Counted from the first letter of the stretch, positions 23,327 through 34,434 are shown. The stretch: 64,000 nucleotides of DNA from Selaginella moellendorffii (GCF_000143415.4 NW_003314278.1:1386673-1450672); one strand, 5' to 3'. Numbers and translations: made by a program. The notes: generated by a model not told the origin, from the letters alone.

Positions 23327-26300
23327 TTAAAAGTAGTTGTCACAGGAACATCTGCCATCCTGGAACACATGAACCCGACTGGCATCTTTGCAGATGATTA
23401 GCCTTTTTTCCAGCTTAGAGATGAGAGCAGTGGCCGCATGGCAACCGTCACAAACTCGGAGATTTTTCACAATTCTGATGGTCTCCTTCTGGTGCGAGTT
23501 CACCAGAGCACACCCCAGCGCAAGCTTCTCACTGTGGCCGCACAGGTGATCCTCTTTCTCTTCCTCGGGTATGTCTTTTAGAACGTTGATCACATCGCTC
23601 GCGTACCCCTCCTCTTTCATTCTCAGCAACAATTGCTTGAGCTTGGCCGCAATCTCGTCGCTCTGTGAGTGACTCCTATCCCCAACAGAAAAAGAATGCA
23701 CTTTTCCTGAGCTAACATCCGTCCACCAGCTTCTCCCGGGCTCCCTGAAGCTGCCTTCACCTCTCATTCTCTCCACAACAGCGGCCATTTCACTGAGCAT
23801 CCCCAGGTTTCCAAATATATTGGCCATCAATGCGTAGGGCGTGCCGCTCTTGGGATCCATCTCCACAAGACGCTCAAACGCGAGTTTGCCGATCGTGTAA
23901 TTCTTCCACTTCCGGCAGGCTCCGAGCAGGGACGTCCAAACCACTGCGTCCGGTTCAAAAGGCATGGCTCTGAGAACTCTCACAGCTTCGTCGAGGAGGT
24001 TAGCTCGCCCGAGCATATCGATCAGGCACACATAATGCTCCAGACGTGGCTTGACTCCATACTGCTTGGGCATTTCATCCAGAAGCTGCCTTCCTTTCCC
24101 GACCAGACCACCATGGCTGCAAGCGTTCAACACCGAAACAAAACTCACATCGTCAGCTTTACAGCCCTCCTCCTGAGTCATGGAATAGAAACGCTCCAAG
24201 GCCTCGATCGATCGGCCCTGGAGAGTGTAAGCCTGTATGAGAGAGTTCCAGAGACCCGTGTCGTCCCGAGCTCGGCACTCGTCAAACGCTTCCTGAGCAG
24301 AATCAACATCACCGCATTTGCCGTAGAAGCTCACCAGGCTGGAGCCCAGAACTGGATTGTTTTTCAGCAGCCCTTTATGCTTCACCAGCTGGTGAATCTC
24401 CCTCCCGAGCTTGATCGCCATCACACTCCCGCAAGCAACAAGGACGCACGTGTAGGTCCAAGCATCAGCTTGAATGGTGTTATCAGCTCTCAGGGCAGAG
24501 TAGTACTCCAGAGCAAGTTCAGCTCGCCCGTTCGTGTTGCAGCCCTGGATGATCGCGGTGTAGGACACAACACTCCGAGTTCCCATGGAGTGGAAAATCT
24601 TGCGAGCCTCCTCAAGCTCGCCACACTTGCAGTACATGTCTANNNNNNNNNNNNNNNNNNNNNNNNNNNNNNNNNNNNNNNNNNNNNNNNNNNNNNNNNN
24701 NNNNNNNNNNNNNNNNNNNNNNNNNNNNNNNNNNNNNNNNNNNNNNNNNNNNNNNNNNNNNNNNNNNNNNNNNNNNNNNNNNNNNNNNNNNNNNNNNNNN
24801 NNNNNNNNNNNNNNNNNNNNNNNNNNNNNNNNNNNNNNNNNNNNNNNNNNNNNNNNNNNNNNNNNNNNNNNNNAGCCTTGGATGATCGCGGTGTAGGACA
24901 CAACACTCGGAGTTCCCATGGAGTGGAAAATCTTGCGAGCCTCCTCAAGCTCGCCACACTTGCAGTACATGTCTACCAGGCAAGTAGCCACGAACAGATC
25001 TACCTGTTTCTTCTCCTTGCTCAGCATTGAATGGATCTCCATCCCGATGCGTAGAGCTCTCTCCCTCTTCTCGCTGGATTCGGTAGCAAGTCTGGAGCAG
25101 GCGCTGATCACCGCGACATGAGTCCGATCGTTGGGTTGAATGGTGGTACAAGCTCTCAGGGCGGAGTAGTACTCCAGAGCAAGTTCAGCTTGCCCGTTCA
25201 AGCCGCAGCCGTGGATGATCGCAGTGTAGGACACAACACTCCGAGTTCCCATGGAGTGGAAAATCTTGCGAGCCTCCTCAAGCTTGCCACACTTGCAGTA
25301 CATGTCTACCAGGCAATTCGCCACGAACAGATCTACCTGTTTCTTCTCCTTGCTCAGCATTGAATGGATCTCCATCCCGACGCGTAGAGCTCTCTCCCTC
25401 TTCTCGCTGGATTCGGTAGCAAGTGTGGAGCAGGCGCTGATCACCACAACATGAGTCCGATCGTCGGGTTGAATGGTGTTATCAGCTCTCAGGGCAGAGT
25501 AGTATTCCAGAGCAAGTTCAGCTTGCCCGTTCGAGTTGCAGCCGTTGATGATCGCAGTGTAGGACACAACACTCCGAGTTCCCATGGAGTGGAAAATCTT
25601 GCGAGCCTCCTCAAGCTCGCCACACTTGCAGTACATGTCTACCAGGCAAGTCGCCACGAACAGATCTAGCTGTTTCTTCTCCTTGCTCAGCATTGAATGG
25701 ATCTCCATCCCGATGCGTAGAGCTCTCTCCCTCTTCTCGCTGGATTCGGTAGCAAGTCTGGAGCAGGCACTGATCACCGCGACATGTGTCCGATCGTCGG
25801 GTTGAATGGTGTTATCAACTCTCAGGGCAGAGTAGTACTCCAGAGCAAGTTCAGCTTGCCCGTTCGAGCCACAGCCCTGGATGATCGCGTTGTAGGACAC
25901 AACACTCCGGGTTCCCATGGAGTCGAAAATCTTGCGAGCCTCCTCAAGCTCGCCACACTTGCAGTACATATCGATCAATCCCGTCAACAAGTAGATGTTG
26001 CTTTTGTGCTCATCACTCTTGAGCACAGCTTCATGGGCTTGTTTTCCCAAAGAAAGGGATCTGCTCTCAGCTGAGTGTCTCACGCGGTGTATCAGCCTCC
26101 CTAAACTCACCGGTTCATCACCAGCTACAGGTGGGGTATGTGGAGATTTGTAGCGGGCCGTGGTGGCCTTACCTACAGCTGGGTCAGCGAGCGACTCGAG
26201 TTTTGCAGAGACCCAGGTTGGTGTTTTCCTGTTGGCGATCCACAGGCTCTCTCCGGTAGAAACATGTTTGAAATCCGGGTAGGACTCTGAGAAGAACTTG

Positions 26301-26365
26301 TTTTTCTTCTTGAACCTGTTGTCCCACCAGAAAGTGGGATCCCTGAAAAACGTTTTCCACTCCAT
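23327..26365 (-). CDS. PLS-class PPR protein with N-terminal OSB-type PDF motif and C-terminal E1-E2-DYW (DYW:WW-type) cytidine deaminase domain
   Basis: Single ORF (track 23327..26416; likely start M18 at 26365) spanning a 231-N gap. N-terminus 'WKTFFRDPTFWWDNR...PDFKHVSTGESLW...TPTWV'. P-L-S triplets, E motif 'AVVWTSLLGACR', PG box 'PGRSWWTD', 'HSEKLA', 'KNLRVCDGCH', end 'CSCDNYF'. Confidence 0.9.
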   Translation of the reverse strand: MEWKTFFRDPTFWWDNRFKKKNKFFSESYPDFKHVSTGESLWIANRKTPTWVSAKLESLADPAVGKATTARYKSPHTPPVAGDEPVSLGRLIHRVRHSAESRSLSLGKQAHEAVLKSDEHKSNIYLLTGLIDMYCKCGELEEARKIFDSMGTRSVVSYNAIIQGCGSNGQAELALEYYSALRVDNTIQPDDRTHVAVISACSRLATESSEKRERALRIGMEIHSMLSKEKKQLDLFVATCLVDMYCKCGELEEARKIFHSMGTRSVVSYTAIINGCNSNGQAELALEYYSALRADNTIQPDDRTHVVVISACSTLATESSEKRERALRVGMEIHSMLSKEKKQVDLFVANCLVDMYCKCGKLEEARKIFHSMGTRSVVSYTAIIHGCGLNGQAELALEYYSALRACTTIQPNDRTHVAVISACSRLATESSEKRERALRIGMEIHSMLSKEKKQVDLFVATCLVDMYCKCGELEEARKIFHSMGTPSVVSYTAIIQGXXXXXXXXXXXXXXXXXXXXXXXXXXXXXXXXXXXXXXXXXXXXXXXXXXXXXXXXXXXXXXXXXXXXXXXXXXXXXXDMYCKCGELEEARKIFHSMGTRSVVSYTAIIQGCNTNGRAELALEYYSALRADNTIQADAWTYTCVLVACGSVMAIKLGREIHQLVKHKGLLKNNPVLGSSLVSFYGKCGDVDSAQEAFDECRARDDTGLWNSLIQAYTLQGRSIEALERFYSMTQEEGCKADDVSFVSVLNACSHGGLVGKGRQLLDEMPKQYGVKPRLEHYVCLIDMLGRANLLDEAVRVLRAMPFEPDAVVWTSLLGACRKWKNYTIGKLAFERLVEMDPKSGTPYALMANIFGNLGMLSEMAAVVERMRGEGSFREPGRSWWTDVSSGKVHSFSVGDRSHSQSDEIAAKLKQLLLRMKEEGYASDVINVLKDIPEEEKEDHLCGHSEKLALGCALVNSHQKETIRIVKNLRVCDGCHAATALISKLEKRLIICKDASRVHVFQDGRCSCDNYF
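24480..25975 (-). repeat. Tandem 333-bp (111-aa) near-identical PLS triplet repeats inside the PPR-DYW gene
   Basis: The antisense ORF 'MEWKILRASSS' recurs at 24585, 24918, 25251 and 25584, an exact 333-bp period. One unit is partly hidden in the N gap 24643-24873. Confidence 0.95.
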
Positions 26366-26913
26366 GAGATTGTTGAGAAATGACACACACCACACAAACC
26401 CTAGCGCCACACGCATACCCTAGAAATCCCGATTTGTTATTACTTAACTGAAAAGCTCGTGTTTTCTGTTTTTTCTTTTTCTAATTCTTTTCCTGTTTGA
26501 ACTTTAAAATGTCACAGCTTAACTGCAGCAGCTTAGATGTTTATTGTTAAAAAAAAAATCTCTTTGATATATATAGAAAGTGAGCCAGCAGCAATCAGTT
26601 GCTCAAGAGCTGAAGAATCAGTACATGCATAATTTTCAGACAATCTTCTAACTGGCTGAACATCAGATTTTTGTGATTATTATTATTATTACTAACAACA
26701 CGCACGAACTTCCTAGAAATCCCGATTTGTTATTCTCTGCATTCATTTTTTATATGATCTGTTGCTGCATGCACTTAACTGTAGGTAGTCTTCAGTTCTT
26801 CAATATAATCTGCTAACTAAAAGATATCGATGCAAAAATAAACCACACTCTACACAAATTAAATAAAAAATGCTCTTCATGGGGCGACACGGCCAGAAGC
26901 CTCAGGGCACCAG

Positions 26914-27004
26914 GAAGAGGGAGAGAGCTCTACGCATCGGGATGGAGATCCATTCAATGCTGAGCAAGGAGAAGAAACAGGTAGATCTGTTCGTGGCGAC
27001 TTGC
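26914..27004 (+). repeat. Inverted ~90-bp copy of the PPR repeat unit
   Basis: The plus strand encodes 'KRERALRIGMEIHSMLSKEKKQVDLFVATC', matching the minus-strand repeat unit. Confidence 0.9.
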
Positions 27005-27871
27005 ATGTGAAGAGGTGTTCAAGCATCTCCACGGGTTTTCATTGCATAGAATACAGAGTTTTGTGAACTGTGAGCCAATCACCAACAGGGATGCTGTCCT
27101 GCACAAGAAGCCAGCTTACCTTAGCTTCCACCAGTGTCTTCCACATGTTGACAATGTACTTCCGATTCTTCAACTTCCGCATAAGCTTGGTGTCAATTTT
27201 ATCCATCAAAAGCTCTCTGCCATGCTTAGACCTGTACATAAAAAAAGACACACTGAACTCATTACCTTCCCAGGATAACTATATAAGATCAGATATAGGT
27301 ACTCCCCAAACTAGTGTATTGCAGAGCATTCTCCCAGTTGAACCTTAGGATCCAGTTCAGTGTATTTCCCTCTCTGATGTATCGTCCCGATCCTTTTACC
27401 GAAGGCCATCCTGGGAACTGGGACCTCCTTGGGAGCTATACCTGGAAACAGTGCACCACTGTTACAGGGATAAAAAACAATAGCTTGAGGTGATGGATTG
27501 TTATGTGTTGCATGGAGAGACTAGGGGTTGTTTCCATAACAAAGATGATTTGAGTCTCAGCACCATCAAGCATTATCCAATCACAAACCTCGATAACTTC
27601 AGTTTGTAAAGCAAGATGAAGGCGATCACAAGTGATGCTGCCTTAAGCTTTGATGTGGAGTTTTCATCCTGGGTTGTAATGGGTTGTCATGAGGCCATCC
27701 GATGAGCAAGGTTTGCTCCAAGCGGACGTTAAACAAATACCTGACTTTACCTTTTTCATTGTATCATACCTTGTCCACTGCTGAGGAAGAAAAACAAGAT
27801 CCCAACAAGAACTTTGCTGTAAGTGATGGCTTGCTAGCTCTTTGTAGATCCAATAAGTCTTTGATCGAAGC
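27005..27871 (-). mobile_element. Degenerate non-LTR (LINE) reverse-transcriptase 3' fragment
   Basis: zf-RVT-like 'MWKTLVEAKVSWLLVQDSIPVGDWL...EMLEHLF', upstream 'GVPIS' resembling the YLGVP motif; many stops. Confidence 0.55.
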
Positions 27872-28939
27872 TCCCACCAGAAAGTGGGATCCCTGAAAAA
27901 CGTTTTCCACTGCATGAGATTGTTGAGAAATGAGACACACACCACACAAACCCTAGTGCCGCACGCATACCCTAGAAATCCCAATTTGTTATTACTTAAC
28001 TGTAGTAGTAAAAAGCTCGTGTTTTCTGTTTTTTCTTTTTCTAATTCTTTTCCTTTTTAAACTTTACAATGTCACAGCTTAACTGCAGCAGCTTAGATGT
28101 TTATTGTTAAAAAAAAAATCTCTTTGATATATATAGAAAGTGAGCCAGCAGCAATCCATGCATAATTTTCAGACAATCTTCTAACTGGCTGAACATCAGG
28201 TTTTTATGATTATTATTATTATTATTATTATTATTAACAACACGCATGAACTTCCTAGAAATCCCGATTTGTTATTCTCTGCATTCATTTTTTATATGAT
28301 CTGTTGCTGCATGCACTTAACTGTAGGTAGTTTTCAGTTCTTCAATATAATCTGCTAACTAAAAGATATCGATACACTCAATATGCAAAAATAAACCACA
28401 CTCTACACAAATTAAATAAAAAATGCTCTTCGGCCAGAAGCCTTGGGGCACCAGTTTCACACAGAACACTTTCGCAAATGACTCTCGCCCAGGGTCCATG
28501 CATAGGAGTCCTCAGGCAGTGGTAAAACCTCACAAGGCCTCACATACTTATATTCACCCTGGGCTTCTGGCTGCTCCACAACATACCTTACCACACCAAA
28601 CTCTTCACACATGAAGCCATGCATGGAGGAAAAAACCACACAAGGCCTCACGTGCTTACATTCAGTCCTTATATGTGTTCTTGGCCTTGCTCAGTTCATC
28701 TCCTTTGTTGTCCACCTGCGCTTCTTTACTTCATGTTTTTGCTTGCATGCTTTGATTGACATCTTCAGATTTTCAAGTGAACGATTGTGGCATACTGTGG
28801 CTATGTTTTTTGGTAGAGCTTGGAGGTGCTGAAAGTGGCATTAAGTTTGTGGAGGATTGATCTTGATTTGGATTATATGGATCTCTATAAATTTTGAAAC
28901 TTGAGTTTATTTTTCTTCTTTTTCTTCTGTGTTCCCAAA

Positions 28940-31635
28940 ATAACTGGTGTCAAACTTGCTTCTATCTCTAGACTATCTCTAGTACTTCTGGATACGATCA
29001 AAGGAGGAAATGATAATTGATCCCCAAAGAGCGAGTTTGATGGTTCTATTGCTTTCATCAAGTCACTTCTCGCTACACATCCTTCAACTCCATTTTCTAT
29101 AAGTAATGGTTTTGTTTTAATAGAGGTTGATGCTACTGTTGCTCGAGTCCAAGGACAAGGACAAGGAAATGGTTGTGGCTGTGATGTTTATTGTTAGGCA
29201 TGTGATGCAATTGGTCACACTTATCGGCGTTGTTGATGTTTCTAGATTAGTGGCCACCATTCCCTAGGTGGAGACTTTAACATTAACAACGTCCTATTGG
29301 TGTTGTTATAGTGGAAGGTTTAGACACTGAGATGCATTTGGGAAACAAAGAGTTGCACAAATAATGGAGGGACCTTGCGCTAATAAATCAGTGACCACTC
29401 AATTTTTCTTTTGGAAGTATCATCAAGGGGTTCATTTGGCACCAATTCATCTAGTATTTACTTTCTAAGCTCATTTTTATAATAAAAAGTCTTCTATTAT
29501 TTTTTCTATATTGGTTGATACATATTCAAGTTTATCTTCTATTACTCGACTTGTTGCCACACATTACCATCTACACTTACATCATGCGGAGGAGTTAGTT
29601 TTCATTCTTTATAACAACGGTTATACATATGTATGTACACGAGATGAGACAAACCTAGTTATGCATGTAGATAATCTCAAACTTAGGTTGTAGTCATTGC
29701 AAGTGGTGCCAAGTCAAGCTTTTGATATCATCCTTGGTACAGATTAGTTATAACACAATCATGCCAAGTGTGATTTTGAGGCATTTTCCCCATTGTCTTA
29801 TACTTCTTTATATTTCATCCATTCCTCTCACCTCCATGCATTTTCATCCCTTTGCTTCTACCTTTAGTTCCATTATTTTTATCCCCCCATTACTTCTTTC
29901 TATGTTTTCATTTTGTTTTGTTCTTCCTTTTTCCCAATCCCCTCGACAATCTTTGTGTTGCACCATATCTCTTTCCCCTTAATCCAACTGGAAAAGGGGA
30001 AATTACTTGATGAGAGAGTCCTTAATGGCTATTTTATCCCGATTTATCCCCCAAGGTTACCCTATCTCTCTCCCCTTAATCCAATTGGAAAAGGGGCAAT
30101 TGCTTGATAAGAGAGCCTTTAGTGGTTATTTTATCCTCATTCATCCCCTAAGGTTTCAAGAATCCATAGTGATAGTATATTCAAATTTCATCACATGATC
30201 ACATGTGCTACACTCACCCCTCTTCAAAGATGTTAATGTCTTTATTGACTATTGATTAAAAACCGCTACTGAGCCAAGGGAACCTAACACTTTCATGTAG
30301 CACCCCCCTTCAAAGATGTCAATGTCCTTATTGACTATTGACTAAAAACCCCTATTGAGCGAAAGGAACTTAACACCTTCATTTCCGCATGACTATTGAC
30401 TAAAAACCCCTATTGAGCCAAGGGGAACCAACACCTTTATTTCTGCACTAAATCTATCAATCCTAATACTAGCTATTCTATGTGAGGTAACTAATAATCC
30501 ACTTGTACCATAGTCTCACATGAGGTAACTAATCATCCACCTGTACCACAGTTCCCAAGTGGATACTTTCATCCATGGATACTCCACACAAAAGGGAGGA
30601 GGATGGATAATACGTACAATTTTAAATTTAAGGGTAAGAATATACTTTGCTCAAGAGTATATTATATTTTTAAGTAGCCACTAATCAATAGGAATCGAAC
30701 CTATGCCATTTGCTCCGATATCAACTACAGCACACCTTATCTCTCTCCCTTTAAGCTAACTAGAAAAGGAGCAATTTCTTGATGAGAGAGCCCTTAGTAG
30801 CTATTTTATCCCCATTTATCCCCCAAGGTTCTAAGGATTCACGGTGACAGTATATCTAAATCTCATCCCATAATCACATGCGCTACAACCTCATTTTGCA
30901 ATAAAGTTTGATAGGAGTATTTGTTTTTGCATCGACTATTATCTATTAAATGACGTGACAATCCCAAATGTGTACCTTCTTCTTCACACTGCTAATCTTT
31001 TGGGTTGTCTAGGGAAAAGTCATTGGTTTACTAAGTTAGATTTTGCTTTTGAGTACTGGTAAATACCGATGGTGGAAAAAGATATTTTTAAGATTGCTTT
31101 TGGTACACTATTTGATTTATACAAATTCTCTGATCATTGTTCATCTGTAAAGTACAAAGTGGATGATTTAGTGTTAGTCTGTTTTCTCCATTTTAAGATA
31201 TATGGTTTATTTAAAGGGCTCCTTGCTTAGTGGAAAGGACTATATTGGCTATTGTGGCAAGTTGGACCACAAATTTATAAGGTTCGACATGGCGTCCAAT
31301 AGGCCAATCCTCCAGAAATTATTCATGTGCAATGGCTGAAACACTTCGTATAAAGGGATTCAAAACAATTAATACTACCTACAAATCCACTGATGCCTTC
31401 TTCTGACATTCTTCTAAATCCCCTAATGGTTTTCTATCATTCCAAGATGAAGGGATGATGTGAGGCTTAAGTGTATAGTTATAATGCCATATACTAATAT
31501 TAGTGTAGTAGGATTTTGGTAGCCACTAGATTAGTCTCAATTCAGACCATTTGCTCTTATATATAAACTAGGGTTTTTGGGTTAATTGATATGCACATTT
31601 TTTGTATTCCCTTTTTCATATTCCATAAACTCACA
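28940..31635 (+). mobile_element. Highly decayed gypsy-type LTR element remnant with 3' LTR 31459-31635
   Basis: Zinc-knuckle-like 'CDAIGHTYRRC' (~29200), RT remnant 'FTKLDFAFEYW*IPMVEKDIFKIAF' (~31027), integrase-tail-like text (~31150-31350), purine-rich GATGAAGGGATGA followed by TGTGAG...CTCACA. Left boundary uncertain. Confidence 0.6.
29956..30887 (-). mobile_element. Second TRIM-like element nested in the gypsy remnant
   Basis: Similar blocks at 29956-30212 (with internal ~100-bp duplication) and 30726-30887, both ending CACATG.GCTACA. Reverse PBS-like GCTCCGATATCA at 30712-30723 and reverse PPT CTCACCCCTCTTCA at 30213-30226. No TSD found. Confidence 0.6.
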
Positions 31636-31804
31636 GCAAAAATCTAAAGCATTATATAACAAAGTTATAAAATATCTGACAATCTTATAATGAGTATAAG
31701 ATATAAGCAATAGAGAAAAATATAATATAGAAATTTATTTAACTCTAATTTTCTATATTCATAATAATTAAGATTTCTACATTTCTACATTTCATTATTT
31801 GTAC

Positions 31805-31840
<36 letters not shown>

Positions 31841-32679
31841 ATTTTTATTAATTCTATTAATTTACTAGTAAATAAAAAATAGCATTTAAGTTATGTTATT
31901 GCCCCTAGTGGCATTTAGCTAGCTAGGGCGCAAATAAACTTATTAGAACATCTTTTAAACTTTCATATATGGTATTTATTTATAAAATGACTAATATTAA
32001 GGTTGTTGTATAAAATTGATGCTAGTTCACCCATTTGTAAAAAGAGATTATATAGAATTTTAAAGGTTTTTGTGTGGAAAAAAATGTGAGAAGAATGTAG
32101 AGGTTATTTAAGTATTGTTTTGGAACTCATACTATGAAAAATCGAGCAAAACATAAAGTATGAAAAATGTGCAATATTGGAGTAGGGATGAAAGTGTTTG
32201 TTATCAAATAGACTTTGAGGTTTAATTGATCTAGCATCTATGCAACAACAATCTCTTAGAAAGTATTCAATATTACTTTATTTTGCCAACCGAGACATAA
32301 GTTTTTCTTATTTGATATTATTGCATGTAGTATTCTACAAATTAAAACCTTTAGTAAATTCATAGCCTAATTACACATTAATTTTTAATATGAAGCTAAC
32401 AATAAATTTACTTATGTTGAGACTGTAAAAAAGGCTTATTTAATAAGCTGAATTGACAAAGTCTTTTAAATTTTGAACCAAGTTTGGCAAAACACCTTTT
32501 TTTTGTGAATTCAATTCAAATTATCTTTGGTTTTTCAATTTTTATATATGCCATTCTAGAAGAATAAACTCCTATGGAAGTGAGTTATTTAATATCACAA
32601 GAAAGTTATAGAAAACTTAGAGATAGAAAAGGAACTAAATCCAAAGGATTGGTATATCCATAATTTATATTGCAGGTTT

Positions 32680-32967
32680 ATGCTTTATTTCGTTAAAGTG
32701 GGACTTATTCAGTAAAGTGGGACATTAATTAGCATGTGTCCACATGCCATTTCTTAGTACTTAATTAATATTTATTAATATTTCTATCAGTTTTTTAATT
32801 TATTTTTTTATATTTCACAATATTATAACACAAAATCATATGAAAAGTTTTTAATTTATAAATTATAAAGTTAAAACTTCAATTTTTTATTGTTGTTATA
32901 AAAATGACATGTGGCCACACACCATAAGTGGGATAATGAAAAGTCCCACTTTAACAAAATAAAGCAT
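32680..32967. mobile_element. MITE-like element with 27-bp terminal inverted repeats
   Basis: ATGCTTTATTTCGTTAAAGTGGGACTT versus AAGTCCCACTTTAACAAAATAAAGCAT (26/27 inverted), additional subterminal inverted similarity, AT-rich noncoding interior, flanked by GTTT on both sides. Confidence 0.7.
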
Positions 32968-34024
32968 GTTTTTAGTTGTATGGTATTTGATGATGCATTG
33001 CAACATACCCCCAGAGCCTTACATATACTAGTGGAAATATTTGAGCCTAAAAAACAAGAACTTGCGTGAGTGAGTTATAGTTGTTTTTTTGTCTTCTTTT
33101 ATATTCTAAAGCCTTTTTCCAGATCAATTCTAAAGACATTGAATTTTTTGGAAGCGCAGTGTCACCATTAAATCCATCAAATAAAATAAGGAACAAGGTA
33201 TTTTTTTATTTGGATTTATTGGCTTCTTGAAACTAGCTTTTAAAGTGGCTTGAATAGTTGCTTAATAATTGTTTGAATGGGAATTAATTCTGTTTAAAAT
33301 TTAAAAATGATAAGAATTATAAAGTAAAGTAAAAACATTTCATGGCTAAAGCCATCTAGATTTGTTGCTTTTCCATAAAATACTTTTTGAACAGTTAAAT
33401 TCTCAGAACACTTTATATTTCTTTTTTACAATGCAAGAACATGAAGCAAAGAAATAAAACAAGCTTACCATCACTATCTTGCAAGAAGATGCAAGAATAA
33501 AGCAAAAACATTCTCCTCTCTGTCAATCAACTCTTCCACTCACTTATTGATGTTGAGAAGAGTAGAGCATGAGCGACTCTCTCTTGTAAAGCATATTTAA
33601 AGTATCTAAAATATTCTTTAATCTAATGGTTGTGATTTTTCATTTTAATGTTGATTTTTGTGTGTCTAGTTTAGTTATAGTTCCATGAACAATTTGGTTG
33701 ATCTTTTGCTATGAAAAACTCTTCCAAATCCAAGAATATATACTCCTACTCTAAATGATGGAATGGCTATGCAGTTGAGAAGAAAGACTACACTCGGTGT
33801 CTGCGACTTAGACAAATTCGAGCGTCCGATCGAAGTTGGCATGTGGACGGCTGCGATTCAGAGCAGTGGCATGAGATACAGGTGGCTCTCTTTCCAGCTA
33901 ACAACTGGCGTTCGCCAATTGCTACACGTGGTGCCATCTCACGGTACAAAAGAGCAGCTCAAAAAAGCAGACAAAGTGCGAAGTGGAAAGAGTTTGCGTT
34001 TCTTATTTCTAGAGCATTGATCAA

Positions 34025-34309
34025 ATGGCGAGAGCATTGGGGACTACTCACGTCGCTACTCCAGTAGCGACGACTCGCACTCGCAGGCACAGGATCCCAT
34101 CGTGCGTGCAGTGCGGCACTCGGCAGAATCCATGCCATGTCAAGGTAATCGGGCCGACGCTGGGATTTGTGGCATTCGCAATTGCAGCGGCGGTGGAGTG
34201 GCCCGTGGGAGCGATCATGTACCCGTTTCGCCGTATCAAGGGGCGCAGGATGATCGGGCATCCGATGAGAGTGGTGTATCCTCGTGTCTCAAGCGCCATT
34301 CCCTTCTAA
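34025..34309 (+). CDS. Small uncharacterised hydrophobic Cys-containing protein, copy 1 (94 aa)
   Basis: 'CVQCGTRQNPCHVKVIGPTLGFVAFAIAAAVEWPVGAIMYPFRR...VVYPRVSSAIPF'; frame conserved among three copies. Confidence 0.7.
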   Translation: MARALGTTHVATPVATTRTRRHRIPSCVQCGTRQNPCHVKVIGPTLGFVAFAIAAAVEWPVGAIMYPFRRIKGRRMIGHPMRVVYPRVSSAIPF

Positions 34310-34434
34310 ATCATAGATCTCCCACGCTCCACTTTCCGGGCGGGCAGAAAGAATGGAGGGATGTCCTCATGGAGGAGTGATCCTTTCTTTTACTGTAGAG
34401 TTTCCACAATCAAAGCAAAGTGTTCTTTCTTTCC

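Larger units (their letters stand above)
26322..28454. repeat. ~590-bp direct repeat (26322-26913 and 27872-28454) containing the promoter and first codons of the PPR-DYW gene
   Basis: Both copies begin TCCCACCAGAAAGTGGGATCCCTGAAAAACG and end ...GGCCAGAAGCCT..GGGCACCAG. They differ mainly in (TTA)n length and small indels. Confidence 0.92.

Noticed and set aside
24035-26074. Plus-strand ORFs recurring every 333 bp
   Set aside because: Antisense shadows of the PPR repeat array.
30213-30450. Short repeats with spacers resembling a CRISPR array
   Set aside because: Eukaryotic context, irregular spacing, non-unique spacers, no cas genes; they lie inside a TRIM-like element.
31864-31932. GCCCCTAG...CTAGGGCG hairpin near CTAGT as a Helitron 3' end
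   Set aside because: The hairpin-to-CTAG spacing (~35 bp) is longer than typical, and no 5' end or Rep/helicase is seen.
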